A stretch of DNA of 62,133 nt from Candidatus Anoxychlamydiales bacterium (GCA_011064875.1 JAAKFV010000001.1:1-62133), one strand, 5' to 3'; shown: positions 1 to 9,592, counted from the first letter of the stretch. The notes: generated by a model from the letters alone, not told the origin. Made by a program: numbers and translations.

Positions 1-1
1 A

Positions 2-208
2 AAACTTTTTGGATTAAAAAAATTTGATCTTGTTAAAACTTCCAAGGGAGTTGGATTTGTTAAAGGGAAAAGAAGCTCCGGCTTCTTTGCAATTTCAGAT
101 ATCAATGGAAGTATCATTTCTGATAGTGTGAACATTAAGAAAAACATAGGCCGGATACAAGCTAGAAAGGCCGTTTTAATTTGGAGGCGCAATTCCTCCC
201 TGACCTAA
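2..208 (+). CDS. 3' end of an ORF cut by the window edge; possibly the C-terminus of an HNH/RRXRR-type endonuclease
   Basis: Frame 2 is open from nt 2 to TAA 206-208 (..KKFDLVKTSKGVGFVKGKRSSGFFAISDINGSIIS..). From memory, the D-x-V...KG-x-G-x-V-x-G-x-R-x-SG-x-F-x-I pattern resembles the C-terminal segment of RRXRR/HNH endonucleases. The last ~90 nt look GC-richer than the neighbourhood. There is no start codon in the window, so it is absent from the ORF track. Confidence 0.3.
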   Translation, partial: KLFGLKKFDLVKTSKGVGFVKGKRSSGFFAISDINGSIISDSVNIKKNIGRIQARKAVLIWRRNSSLT

Positions 209-236
209 AGGACAGGGTATCCTTGCGAGAAAAAAG

Positions 237-1154
237 ATGAAAAATTTTTTCTTTTTTTGTATTTTAATGATTAATATTACTGCTTTAGGCTTTTCAAACG
301 ATGGCAATGTGAAAGTTTATGATTGCTTTCCTTTTTTGAATGAAGTTGAACTTTTGCAAGTTAGATTACATGAGCTAGATGATGTTGTTGATTATTTTGT
401 TATTGTTGAAAATCCTCTTACTCAAAGTGGAAATGAAAAACCTCTTTTTTTTGAAGAAAACAAAGAAAAATTTTCAAAATTTTTACATAAAATCATACAT
501 GTTGTAGGAAAGAAAAGACCATCTCCCGCTTACTCAGATTGGGATAGAGAAAATGAACAAAGGGATGATATTTTATTAGGTCTTAAAGGCGCAAAAGATG
601 ATGACATAGTAATCATTTCAGATGTAGATGAGATTGTAAGAAAAGAAAAAATTCAAGAGATTAAAGATATGATTGCGTCTAAAAAAGACCCAATAAGGCT
701 ATGGCTAAAAATGTATCGCTTTTTTTTAAATAGAAAAGATTTAAAAACGGATATGTGGCCACTTGCATATGTAGCATCTTATAAAACTGTAAAAAAATAT
801 TCACCCGAGACTTTGAGAACTAAGTTTCCATATCAATATAGCATGTATAATGCAGGATGGCATTTTTCTGGTATGGGATACATTGATAGATATGCATATA
901 AAATAGAGTCAGGAGCTCATCAAGAAGTAAATACTCCTAGATATAAAAGGGCATACAAGTTAATAAAATGGGCAAGAAAAAGATGTAAACTTGTTAAAAT
1001 AGATGAAACTTTTCCGAAATATATTGCAGATAATTTTAAATATTTTGAAGAGAGAAATTTTATTGATAATAAGCTTCCTCCTAACTGGAAGATAAGAGTT
1101 TTTAATAAAAGACAAAAAACGCTTAAAGATAAACTCATAGCTGAGAAAAAATAA
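237..1154 (+). CDS. Glycosyltransferase family 17-like (GnT-III-like) protein with N-terminal membrane anchor
   Basis: ATG at 237. Hydrophobic N-terminus (FFFFCILMINITALGF). The blocks VYDCFPFLNEVELLQVRLHELDDVVDYFVIVE..GNEKPLFF, ISDVDEI (DxD-like) and GWHFSGMG match GT17 (PF04724) signature blocks as I know them. Confidence 0.7.
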   Translation: MKNFFFFCILMINITALGFSNDGNVKVYDCFPFLNEVELLQVRLHELDDVVDYFVIVENPLTQSGNEKPLFFEENKEKFSKFLHKIIHVVGKKRPSPAYSDWDRENEQRDDILLGLKGAKDDDIVIISDVDEIVRKEKIQEIKDMIASKKDPIRLWLKMYRFFLNRKDLKTDMWPLAYVASYKTVKKYSPETLRTKFPYQYSMYNAGWHFSGMGYIDRYAYKIESGAHQEVNTPRYKRAYKLIKWARKRCKLVKIDETFPKYIADNFKYFEERNFIDNKLPPNWKIRVFNKRQKTLKDKLIAEKK

Positions 1155-1157
1155 CAT

Positions 1158-2111
1158 ATGAAAAAAGCTTTAGTTTATTGTTCAAAGGGACTTGGTGATG
1201 GACTAATTTTTTTAGTAATTTCCAATAATCTTAGTAAAAATGGTTATAAAGTTGATACTTTTCATCCTTTTTTATCTGAGTTAAATGGTTGGTTTAAGTA
1301 TACAGAGATAAAACCGTATCCTGAAATCGAAACAAATTTTGAGTTTTTAAATGATTATGATCTACTTGTCATCAACTCAGATTATAATGAACTTAATAAA
1401 CTACTTGTAAATCATGCAAAAAACAATCACTTAGAGAAAACATATGAGCTTCATCCTTCTGCTTGCAAAGGTAGAAATCCTCCCAAGGGAGATTTAAAAT
1501 TTAACTCTGATTTAACTGTAAAAGAGAATTTAGCGATTTTTTGTGAAAATGATTTAAATCTTTTAAATGTTTTTTTCTCAAACGATATAACTATTCCTAC
1601 TCACTTGAAATATCGAAAATTTAAAAAGAGAATAGTTTTGCATCCAACTAGTAATAATGTTGAGAGAAATTGGCCAAAAGAAAAGTTTTTAAAGCTAGCT
1701 AGAAAATTAAAAAAAGATGGATATGAGCCTAGTTTTATTTTAGCTCCACATGAAAAAAAATATTTTGGAAATTCTGTAGATATTGATATTCCAAATTTTA
1801 ATAATTTAGAAGAGATGGCCTCTTTTATTCATGAAAGTGCTTTTTTTATTGGAAATGATTCAGGGGTTGCTCATCTTGCTTCTGCTTTAAAAATTCCAAC
1901 GCTCACTGTTTTTTCAACAAAAAGAAAACAAAAGTTTTGGAGACCCTCTTTTCATATAGATGAGACTATCGTCTCTTGGCCTCTAATAAATATTAAAGGT
2001 TTAAGACTTAGAGAAAAATATTGGAAAAAAACTATCTCTGTTAAAAGAGTTCTAAAGGGATTTGATAAACTCATAAAAAAATTTGAAAATTATGAAAGCA
2101 GCGATCTTTAG
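1158..2111 (+). CDS. GT9-family glycosyltransferase (LPS heptosyltransferase-like), paralogue 1
   Basis: N-terminal CSKGLGDGLIF, central RIVLHPTSNNVERNWPKEKFLKLARKLKKDGYEP and GNDSGVAHLASAL fit the GT9 (ADP-heptose:LPS heptosyltransferase) architecture. Starts 3 nt after the GT17 stop. Confidence 0.7.
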   Translation: MKKALVYCSKGLGDGLIFLVISNNLSKNGYKVDTFHPFLSELNGWFKYTEIKPYPEIETNFEFLNDYDLLVINSDYNELNKLLVNHAKNNHLEKTYELHPSACKGRNPPKGDLKFNSDLTVKENLAIFCENDLNLLNVFFSNDITIPTHLKYRKFKKRIVLHPTSNNVERNWPKEKFLKLARKLKKDGYEPSFILAPHEKKYFGNSVDIDIPNFNNLEEMASFIHESAFFIGNDSGVAHLASALKIPTLTVFSTKRKQKFWRPSFHIDETIVSWPLINIKGLRLREKYWKKTISVKRVLKGFDKLIKKFENYESSDL

Positions 2112-3027
2112 TTGCAAGGGCCTTGGCGATGGTCTCATTTCACTACTTTTATCTAATAATTTATATTTAAATGGATACAGAGTTGATACTTTTCATGGGT
2201 CTTTAGATCAGATGCAAAGTTTTTTTTCACATCTTCCAATAAAAAAATATCCAAATGAAGATAAAATAGATCAAATTTTAAAATTTTATGATCAGATTTT
2301 TGTATCTTATAATGAAAGCTCTTCATTTATTATGAAATTAATAAAAGAAGGAAAAAAAATTTTTATAGATAAAGTATTTGTATTAAATCCATGTCCATCT
2401 AAAAAAATAGGAGGCCAGCCTTATCACAGGGATGCTTTATTTGATCCAAGTATAAATATGGTGGATAACATTTTGCTTTTTTGCAAAAAAATTCTGAAAT
2501 TAAAAAAAACATCTAAAAAAATAGATCTAAAAATTGATAAAAATCTCACATTTAAAAAATTTGAAAAAAGAGTAATTTTGCATCCAGCTAGTGCAAAAAA
2601 AAGTAAAAACTGGCCAATTAATAAATATATAAAACTTGCTCAAGTTTTAAAACTTAAAGGATATGATCCTGTATTTGTAATAAAAGAAAATGAAAGAGAA
2701 GAATTTAAAATTATTGAAGAAAAAAAAATTATTTTAAAAAGCTTTGATAATTTAAAAAATTTAACAAACTTTATTTATGAATCTTCTTTTATGATAGGAA
2801 ACGATTCTGGAATTGGTCATCTATCTTCTTTATTGGGTTTGAGAACTATTTCTATTTTTAGAAATCATAGATCAGCTAATCTTTGGAGACCTGGATGGTC
2901 TCAAAATGAAGCTATTTTTCCCGCTAGATTTATTCCAAATATATCTGTATATAGGTTAAGAGATAAACACTGGAAAAGGTTTATCTCTTTTAGAAAAATT
3001 TTAAAGCATTTTTATAAAAGGACTTAA
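2092..3027 (+). CDS. GT9-family glycosyltransferase (LPS heptosyltransferase-like), paralogue 2
   Basis: Colinear with the upstream gene (MKAAIFSCKGLGDGLISL.., RVILHPASAKKSKNWPINKYIKLAQVLKLKGYDP, GNDSGIGHLSSLL). I prefer ATG 2092 over the track start 2083 because it aligns with the paralogue N-terminus. It overlaps the upstream stop by ~20 nt. Confidence 0.65.
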   Translation: MKAAIFSCKGLGDGLISLLLSNNLYLNGYRVDTFHGSLDQMQSFFSHLPIKKYPNEDKIDQILKFYDQIFVSYNESSSFIMKLIKEGKKIFIDKVFVLNPCPSKKIGGQPYHRDALFDPSINMVDNILLFCKKILKLKKTSKKIDLKIDKNLTFKKFEKRVILHPASAKKSKNWPINKYIKLAQVLKLKGYDPVFVIKENEREEFKIIEEKKIILKSFDNLKNLTNFIYESSFMIGNDSGIGHLSSLLGLRTISIFRNHRSANLWRPGWSQNEAIFPARFIPNISVYRLRDKHWKRFISFRKILKHFYKRT

Positions 3028-3611
3028 AAAGCAAATCCAACTGACAGAGATGGAAAAAAAAGCCATTTATCAGTAGAGAATGTTATTGGATTTAGGGCAT
3101 CCAAAAGTCCATAATGTATTTTAAGTTGAACAAAAGATTTTTCAAATTGTTTACCGAAACTCACATTTGGAGAATTCATGAAAATGAATGGAAAAACACT
3201 TGTTAAGCCTAAGCCAAAATAATAGTTTGAACTAAAATATTTTATATAACTTGCTCCAATAGTTCCAATAGGAAATTTTGCTGCATTTGTAACTAACGGG
3301 TCTATAGCAAAATTTAAATCATAGCCATGTGAATTAATTTTATGTCTAAAACCTAAACCGATTTCTGGTAAAATAAAAATAGTCTGAAGGTTTAAATAGA
3401 TAAACTTATTCTTTTTTGTATTTTTTATATCAGGGAGTTTTTCTATTTTTGGTAAATCATTTGTAATAGATGCATCATTTTCTTGAGCTTCATTTTGAAG
3501 ATTATCAAAAGTTGAATTATCTAATGATGTTTGATCTTCTACATCTGCAAAAAGTATAGTTGAGCTGATGAGCAAAAGCGTAATAAAACTTATTATTTTT
3601 TTTGTATTCAT
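3024..3611 (-). CDS. Small outer-membrane beta-barrel protein (OmpW/OmpX-size), secreted
   Basis: Signal-peptide-like N-terminus (KKIISFITLLLISSTILFA), a polar acidic linker, then alternating hydrophobic/aromatic strands ending in ..PSLSVGFAF (C-terminal Phe typical of OMPs). Confidence 0.5.
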   Translation of the reverse strand: MNTKKIISFITLLLISSTILFADVEDQTSLDNSTFDNLQNEAQENDASITNDLPKIEKLPDIKNTKKNKFIYLNLQTIFILPEIGLGFRHKINSHGYDLNFAIDPLVTNAAKFPIGTIGASYIKYFSSNYYFGLGLTSVFPFIFMNSPNVSFGKQFEKSFVQLKIHYGLLDALNPITFSTDKWLFFPSLSVGFAF

Positions 3612-3845
3612 AAATTCATCAAAATTTTTAAGAAAGCATTTTATAATTAATTTATATTTTTATTCAACTCTTAAATTAATTGAGATAGTTTCTTATAAAA
3701 TTTTGAAATTATAAAAATATTAATTTAATTTGTAGTAAATATTTTAAATCCAAATACATAATTTAAAGATGATAGGGGGGATGCAGATAAAAGTTTGGTT
3801 TTTTGTTAACTACTAGACTTGGTTTTTAATAAATTTTTCTTTGAT

Positions 3846-6011
3846 TTATAAAATTTTTAACTTGGCATATTTTGTAACTAATGATCTCATATGATGAGAT
3901 CCTTCAAATAAAATATCTAAAGTCTCTCCAAGAGATGTTTGATATACTTTTTTTACAGATCCTTTGCCGAAGGTTTTATGGAAGACTTTTTGACCAATTG
4001 AGTATGAGGCGGAAGAAGATATGTAATCTGTATCTACTTTAGGTTTAGAAAATGTTGGTTTTGAGCCGTAAAAATCTCTATAATTTTGTTGATAAGGAGT
4101 TGATAAATCCTCTATATATTCTGCATCTAGCTCTTTTAAAAATCGAGAGGGCAAAGATAGTTTTACCCCACCGAACATATAACGAGAGAGAGAATGAGTA
4201 ATATATAGATTTTTTTTAGCTCTTGTCATACCTACATAAAAAAGTCTTCTTTCTTCTTCGATTTCTTCTATAGAATTTTTAGAATTTACATGGGGGAAAA
4301 GATCTTCTTCTAATCCTACTATAAAGACAGTTTCAAATTCTAAACCTTTTGAGTTATGAAGAGTCATGAGTTTTAAAGAATCGTCTTTTGCATTTTCTAT
4401 TTTGGTGGTAGCGAGGGCAATATCTTCTAAAAATTTTTCTAAACTTTGATTGTTTTCATAAGCCTGATTTGCTTTTGTGATAAGTTCATCAATATTTTCT
4501 TTTCGATCTTCAAAGCTTATTGGATCTTCTTTTAAATATTCCAAATACTTCATTTTGGTAAGAATGTGAGATATTAGCTCGTCTAGATCAATATTTTGTT
4601 GATAGAGCTCTCTTATCTCAAAAAGAGATTTTAAATAATTTTCTAAGTTATTTTTTTGGCTCAGATTGAGTCTTATCTCTGGATAAGAAGATGGATCTTG
4701 TTGCAGCTTTTTTAAGAAGGGTATTATTGGAATTCCATTTTTTTCAGATAAAAAAAATAGTTTAGAAATTGTTGTTTTTCCAAAACCTCTTTTTGGTATG
4801 TTTATAGTTCTTGAAAAAGCTAAAAAATCTGAATTTAAGATGAGAAGTCTTAAGAAAGCTAAAATATCTTTGATCTCTTTTCTTTGATAAAAAGAGAGGC
4901 CTCCATAAATTATGTAAGGAATTTGATTTTCAAGCAAAATATCTTCAAAGACTCTAGATTGAAAATTTGTTCTATAAAAAATCGTTATATCTTTTAAAGA
5001 TTTTTGATCTTTTAGTTGATATTTTAAAATTTTCTCTACAACGAAAGCAGCTTCCATCTTTTCTGTATCAGCTTTAAAAATTTTGATTTTTTCGCCATCT
5101 TCAAGATCGCTTTTCAGATTTTTTTCAAATCTAGAGGAGTTGTTTTTTATAAGCTCATTTGCTGCTTTTAAAATAGTTGGGGTAGATCTATAGTTTGTTT
5201 CTAGTTTAATGATGGTTGCATCTTTAAAATCTGAATCAAAATTCAAAATATTTTGATATCTAGCGCCTCTCCACGAATAAATTGATTGATCAGGATCTCC
5301 AACAACACAGATGTTTTGAGATTTTAAAGATAACATCTTAGCAATGGTGTATTGAACAAAATTTGTGTCTTGATACTCATCTATTAAAATAAAAGGCCAT
5401 CTTTTTTGATAAAAATCTAAAACTTGCGTATTTTCTTTTAATAGCTTTGCTGTTAGATATAAAAGATCCTCAAAATCTAGAGCGTTGCAAGTTTTTAATT
5501 TATTTTGATATAGACGAAATGCTTCGATTTCATTTTTTGTAAGATGAGACATCGCATTTATATCGTCTACATCGATTAAATCATTTTTTAAAGATGCAAT
5601 TTTATATCTGATTTTTTTTAAAACAGATTTGTCTTCTTTTAATTTTAGATGAGATAAACACTCTTTTAAAATTTTTAAAGAATCTTCTTGATCGTAGATC
5701 GTAAAATTATTTGAGTAGTCTAAATGAGTTATAGATTCTCTTAAAATTTTAGCTCCAAGTGAGTGAAAGGTTGAGGCTATTATATTTTTAGATGTCAGCT
5801 CTCTTATCCTTGTTGACATCTCATTTGCAGCTTTATTTGTAAAAGTTAGGGCTAAAATTTCTTGCGGCGCCACTCCAATTTCAATTAACTTTGCGATTTT
5901 CATAGTAACCACTCTAGTTTTACCAGAGCCAGCCCCAGCGAGTACTAAAAGTGGTCCTTCAATATGATTTACAGCTTTTTCTTGCTCAGTATTTAGTAAA
6001 ATGTTTTTCAT
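3846..6011 (-). CDS. uvrD: UvrD/PcrA/Rep-family ATP-dependent DNA helicase
   Basis: Walker A GAGSGKT, DEYQDTN (motif II), TNYRS, TLHNSKGLEF and VGMTRAK. Length 721 aa. Its ATG overlaps the upstream stop by 4 nt (6008-6011). Confidence 0.9.
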   Translation of the reverse strand: MKNILLNTEQEKAVNHIEGPLLVLAGAGSGKTRVVTMKIAKLIEIGVAPQEILALTFTNKAANEMSTRIRELTSKNIIASTFHSLGAKILRESITHLDYSNNFTIYDQEDSLKILKECLSHLKLKEDKSVLKKIRYKIASLKNDLIDVDDINAMSHLTKNEIEAFRLYQNKLKTCNALDFEDLLYLTAKLLKENTQVLDFYQKRWPFILIDEYQDTNFVQYTIAKMLSLKSQNICVVGDPDQSIYSWRGARYQNILNFDSDFKDATIIKLETNYRSTPTILKAANELIKNNSSRFEKNLKSDLEDGEKIKIFKADTEKMEAAFVVEKILKYQLKDQKSLKDITIFYRTNFQSRVFEDILLENQIPYIIYGGLSFYQRKEIKDILAFLRLLILNSDFLAFSRTINIPKRGFGKTTISKLFFLSEKNGIPIIPFLKKLQQDPSSYPEIRLNLSQKNNLENYLKSLFEIRELYQQNIDLDELISHILTKMKYLEYLKEDPISFEDRKENIDELITKANQAYENNQSLEKFLEDIALATTKIENAKDDSLKLMTLHNSKGLEFETVFIVGLEEDLFPHVNSKNSIEEIEEERRLFYVGMTRAKKNLYITHSLSRYMFGGVKLSLPSRFLKELDAEYIEDLSTPYQQNYRDFYGSKPTFSKPKVDTDYISSSASYSIGQKVFHKTFGKGSVKKVYQTSLGETLDILFEGSHHMRSLVTKYAKLKIL

Positions 6012-9000
6012 GTGATAGGTTTTCTCATCTCTGATTCTTTTATGCCTAAATTGCCATATCTATGATATTCATAGGTTATGCTAATTTCTTTAATGTAATG
6101 TAAAAGCTCAAATCGGCCATTTGCTAAAACAGGAGCGTCAATAATATAGGTCTCAGAAAGAGCAGCTGCTCTTTTTAACTCTTTTGAAGCTTTTTCTACT
6201 AAACGTAGTCTTTCAATATTACCTCCTTTTACTCTTTTGATAAAGGCTTTTTCGCTCTCTTCGATATTTGGTAAAACAGGAAGGAGATCAATCCAATTAA
6301 ACTTTTCAAGTTCTTTAGAGTTTGTATAGCTAATTTCTAAATTAGCATTGCAAGTTAGAGCTGCAGCTGAGACTCTTAAAGCATCTAGATGGGAGCTGTT
6401 TTTAGTAACCCTAAGAGTAATATTTTTTCTTGCTACATATCGATGAATGTTATCTTGTCCAATAATTTTATTATAATCAGTGTCATGAGAGAGTCTTTGC
6501 CAATGATATACATAGTTTCCTACAGATGCATACCAAAGTTTTAGCTCTTCGGCAGATAGAGGTTTTTTTTCTAAAAATTTTGAAAGACTATTTATCCAAT
6601 CAGATGTGGGAAGTTTTTCTAAAGGCAATGTTTTTTGTCTAAGATTTAAAAAGTTGAGTAAAAAATTTTCTCCTCCAGATTTATAGCCAGAGCCAAAACA
6701 GCTTTTTTTATAACCACCAAAGGGCTGTCTTTTTATTTTAGCATCAGTGATTTTTGAGTTAATATATAAATTTCCCGCTTCAATATTAGATAGCCACGTT
6801 AGATGCTCTCTAGGATCTAAGCTATGGAGCCCAGCAGCGAGTGCATATTTTGAATCATTTGCTATTTCAATTGCATGATCTAAATTATCAGCTCTCATTA
6901 CAGATAAAATAGGTCCATAAAGCTCTTGATTTTTAGTAAAGCTATCCTTTTGAGTTCCATATTTTATGCCAGGAGTAATAAGATTTGGATTATTTAAATC
7001 TTTTTTAGGTTTTAATAGCCAAGTTTCATTAGTATCTAACTCACTTAATGCTTTTGATAACTCTATATCTGGTTTTTTGGTAAGAGGAGTAATAGTTGAT
7101 GTTAAATCATAGGCGCTGCCAATCTTTAAATTTTTAGCCGCATCTTTGAGATTGTTTTTGAACTCTAGATCATCATAGACTTCTTTTTCTAAGATTAAAA
7201 TTGAAGCTGAAGAAAATTTTTGACCTGAAAAATGAAAAGCTGAGTCTATAATAGATAATATTGCTTGCTCTCTATCGGCTGTTGCTGTAACTATTATTGC
7301 GTTAATACCCCCGGTAGTCGCAATTATATCTTTGTTTTCTCTTAGCTTGAGTAGTTTTCTAACGTATTTTACAGAAGTTGAAATCATTACAGAGTTAATT
7401 CGGTTATCGGGAATTATTTTTCTTTCAAAGAGATCATTATAACTGTGTAAAAATTGTAAAAACTCTTTAGGGACATTTGCTTGCCAAAATAAATTTGCTA
7501 ATTGATAACAAATAAGAGTATTTTCTTTTCGAGGTTTTAAAAGTACAGTATTTCCTGTGACTATTGCAGAAGAGATTGCTTCTGCCATAGTTGAAAGAGG
7601 AAAACTATTAGCAGGGATGATTAAAATAGTCCCTTTAGGCTCAAATTTTATATCCTTTTTTGAAAAAATATCCAAAACATGATTTAAATGATACTCAATA
7701 GCATCAATAGCATCAGATACTTCAAGATCAGCTTCAAATAAATTTTTGCCTATATCAACGATTAAGTTTTGAATTAAAAAAGCTCTGTTTTCTCTAATTT
7801 TTTGACTTGCAGCTTTTAAAATTTCACATCTTTTTTCTATTGTTTCATTTTTACAAAACTTTTCATTTTTCTTAGCCGTTTTTATAGCAAGATCTATTTG
7901 AGCTTCATTTCCTAAAGAGGATTTATAGTAATCTATGTCAGGCAGAGAGGGGTTTTTTCCGATTTCAATGTCTTTAGAATATACTTTATTGTTATCAATA
8001 ACAATCGGAATATCTTCTGGAATATAATTTTTTGCTTTTTCAAGAATGTTTTTTGCCCAATTGATATTTGATTTTATAGAAAAGTCTGTAATGGGTTCGT
8101 TTTCAAAAACAAAAGTCTTTGTTTTTTGAAGTAAAATATTTCTGTCTTGATTTTGTTTTTTTAATGTCGATATCTGATCTATATGTTTTAGGGATTGATG
8201 GAAATGATCTAACTCATCATCCCAACTTTTAGATCCAGGAAATAAAGTATCTAATCTAGATGAAAAATTCTCACTATTTGTAACGTCATTTATTTTTCCA
8301 AGTAAAAAATTGCTCGCTAAATGAAAATCTTTTTTAAAAACAATTGGACAAAATAGCTTTAAATTTTTTCCAATTATTTTATCTAATGCTTTTTGTATAG
8401 CTTTTGTCGATCTAGCTCTTGCAATTTCAAAAAATATATAAGGCTCTAATGAATTTTCTTTGATTAAAATTAAAGAAAAAGAGATATCAAAAATATTTGA
8501 AGTAACAATTAAGAGATTTGCAGCCTTTATATTTTCTAATTTAGATCCAAAAAGTATCATTTTTTTAAAGTTTGCATCTGTTTCAATTTTTGACGTAAAA
8601 GTAGCAGATGGCCAATTGTTTTTTGAAGATGTTATATGTTCTTCATTTAAGCTATAGCCTTTGAGAATTCTAATTGAAATTGAAGAGCCATATTTTTCAT
8701 ATCGTTTTTTTGCAAAGTTAGTGAGCCTTTTTTGCATTTCAAAACTTTCTGGAAAATAGGCATCCAAAGAAAATCCTACTTTTAATTTTGAAAATTCTTC
8801 TCTTGAAAGAATTTTTTCAAAAATATCGATGGTAGCTTCTAGATCTTTGTGATTTTCAACGTTAATAAATATTTGTTTTTCTTTTTTTGATTTAGATTGA
8901 TCAAGAGTTTTTTGATAGATTTTTATTAAATTTTCTTCTAGTTGATCATAAGCAATACATGCACAATTTTTTGATATTAAATCTAAAATATTAATACAAA

Positions 9001-9592
9001 TATTTTTTACATAAGGTTTTTCAATTAAACTTAAAATGTTTTTTAGATTGCTGTTTATTGTTTCTTTTCCAAAGCTAGGTTTTTGTATTAAAGATATTAT
9101 TGAGTCATTTTTTTTGTTTTCATTTAAATATTTTTTCAAAGCTAAAGGATCTGCAAAATTAAGTATATTTAGACTTTCTTTGATGATGGCTCTTTGTGTA
9201 AAAGTTTTTAAAAACTTTGGAAATGTAGGTCTAAGAGTTTTCAAAGCTAAAAACCTAAACTTTAAAGATTTTGGGAAACCATCAGGTAATCCATATAGTG
9301 TGAAGATATGCAAAATTTGATCTAAAGTTTTGTTTAAAGATTTTGATCTAAAAGATTGGTCTATTAAATTCGAAACAATTGCTCTTCCTTGCAAGGTATT
9401 TAAAATTTTTAAAAGATTGTTAAGAGATTTTTTTTCTGTTGGAGTTTGTTCTTCAGTTGCAAGAAGGGAGATGAGCTCTGCAAGTCGAGTTGATTTTTGA
9501 TATTTATTATCTAAATCTAAAGGTGCCGATTTAACAGAGGTTAATAGATCTCTTATCTGATCTAAATAATGTGAATATGTTTTCTCTTCCAT
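6008..9592 (-). CDS. putA: PutA-like fusion protein (PRODH-like barrel plus aldehyde-dehydrogenase-like domain); catalytic residues appear substituted
   Basis: 1194 aa. The C-terminal half aligns by eye to the PutA P5CDH domain (ELYGPILSVM, GNLYINSKI..RQPFGG..SG.G.K.GG). The middle shows PRODH-like blocks (SIRILKGYS ~ IRLVKGAYW; IVTSN ~ FATHN). See the finding on the lost Cys/Glu/Arg residues. Confidence 0.7.
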   Translation of the reverse strand: MEEKTYSHYLDQIRDLLTSVKSAPLDLDNKYQKSTRLAELISLLATEEQTPTEKKSLNNLLKILNTLQGRAIVSNLIDQSFRSKSLNKTLDQILHIFTLYGLPDGFPKSLKFRFLALKTLRPTFPKFLKTFTQRAIIKESLNILNFADPLALKKYLNENKKNDSIISLIQKPSFGKETINSNLKNILSLIEKPYVKNICINILDLISKNCACIAYDQLEENLIKIYQKTLDQSKSKKEKQIFINVENHKDLEATIDIFEKILSREEFSKLKVGFSLDAYFPESFEMQKRLTNFAKKRYEKYGSSISIRILKGYSLNEEHITSSKNNWPSATFTSKIETDANFKKMILFGSKLENIKAANLLIVTSNIFDISFSLILIKENSLEPYIFFEIARARSTKAIQKALDKIIGKNLKLFCPIVFKKDFHLASNFLLGKINDVTNSENFSSRLDTLFPGSKSWDDELDHFHQSLKHIDQISTLKKQNQDRNILLQKTKTFVFENEPITDFSIKSNINWAKNILEKAKNYIPEDIPIVIDNNKVYSKDIEIGKNPSLPDIDYYKSSLGNEAQIDLAIKTAKKNEKFCKNETIEKRCEILKAASQKIRENRAFLIQNLIVDIGKNLFEADLEVSDAIDAIEYHLNHVLDIFSKKDIKFEPKGTILIIPANSFPLSTMAEAISSAIVTGNTVLLKPRKENTLICYQLANLFWQANVPKEFLQFLHSYNDLFERKIIPDNRINSVMISTSVKYVRKLLKLRENKDIIATTGGINAIIVTATADREQAILSIIDSAFHFSGQKFSSASILILEKEVYDDLEFKNNLKDAAKNLKIGSAYDLTSTITPLTKKPDIELSKALSELDTNETWLLKPKKDLNNPNLITPGIKYGTQKDSFTKNQELYGPILSVMRADNLDHAIEIANDSKYALAAGLHSLDPREHLTWLSNIEAGNLYINSKITDAKIKRQPFGGYKKSCFGSGYKSGGENFLLNFLNLRQKTLPLEKLPTSDWINSLSKFLEKKPLSAEELKLWYASVGNYVYHWQRLSHDTDYNKIIGQDNIHRYVARKNITLRVTKNSSHLDALRVSAAALTCNANLEISYTNSKELEKFNWIDLLPVLPNIEESEKAFIKRVKGGNIERLRLVEKASKELKRAAALSETYIIDAPVLANGRFELLHYIKEISITYEYHRYGNLGIKESEMRKPIT

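Noticed and set aside
2083-2091. Track start (MKIMKAA..) for the second GT9 paralogue
   Set aside because: The second ATG (2092) aligns with the N-terminus of the upstream paralogue (MKKALVYCSKGLGDG versus MKAAIFSCKGLGDG). The difference is only three codons and is unresolved without experimental data.
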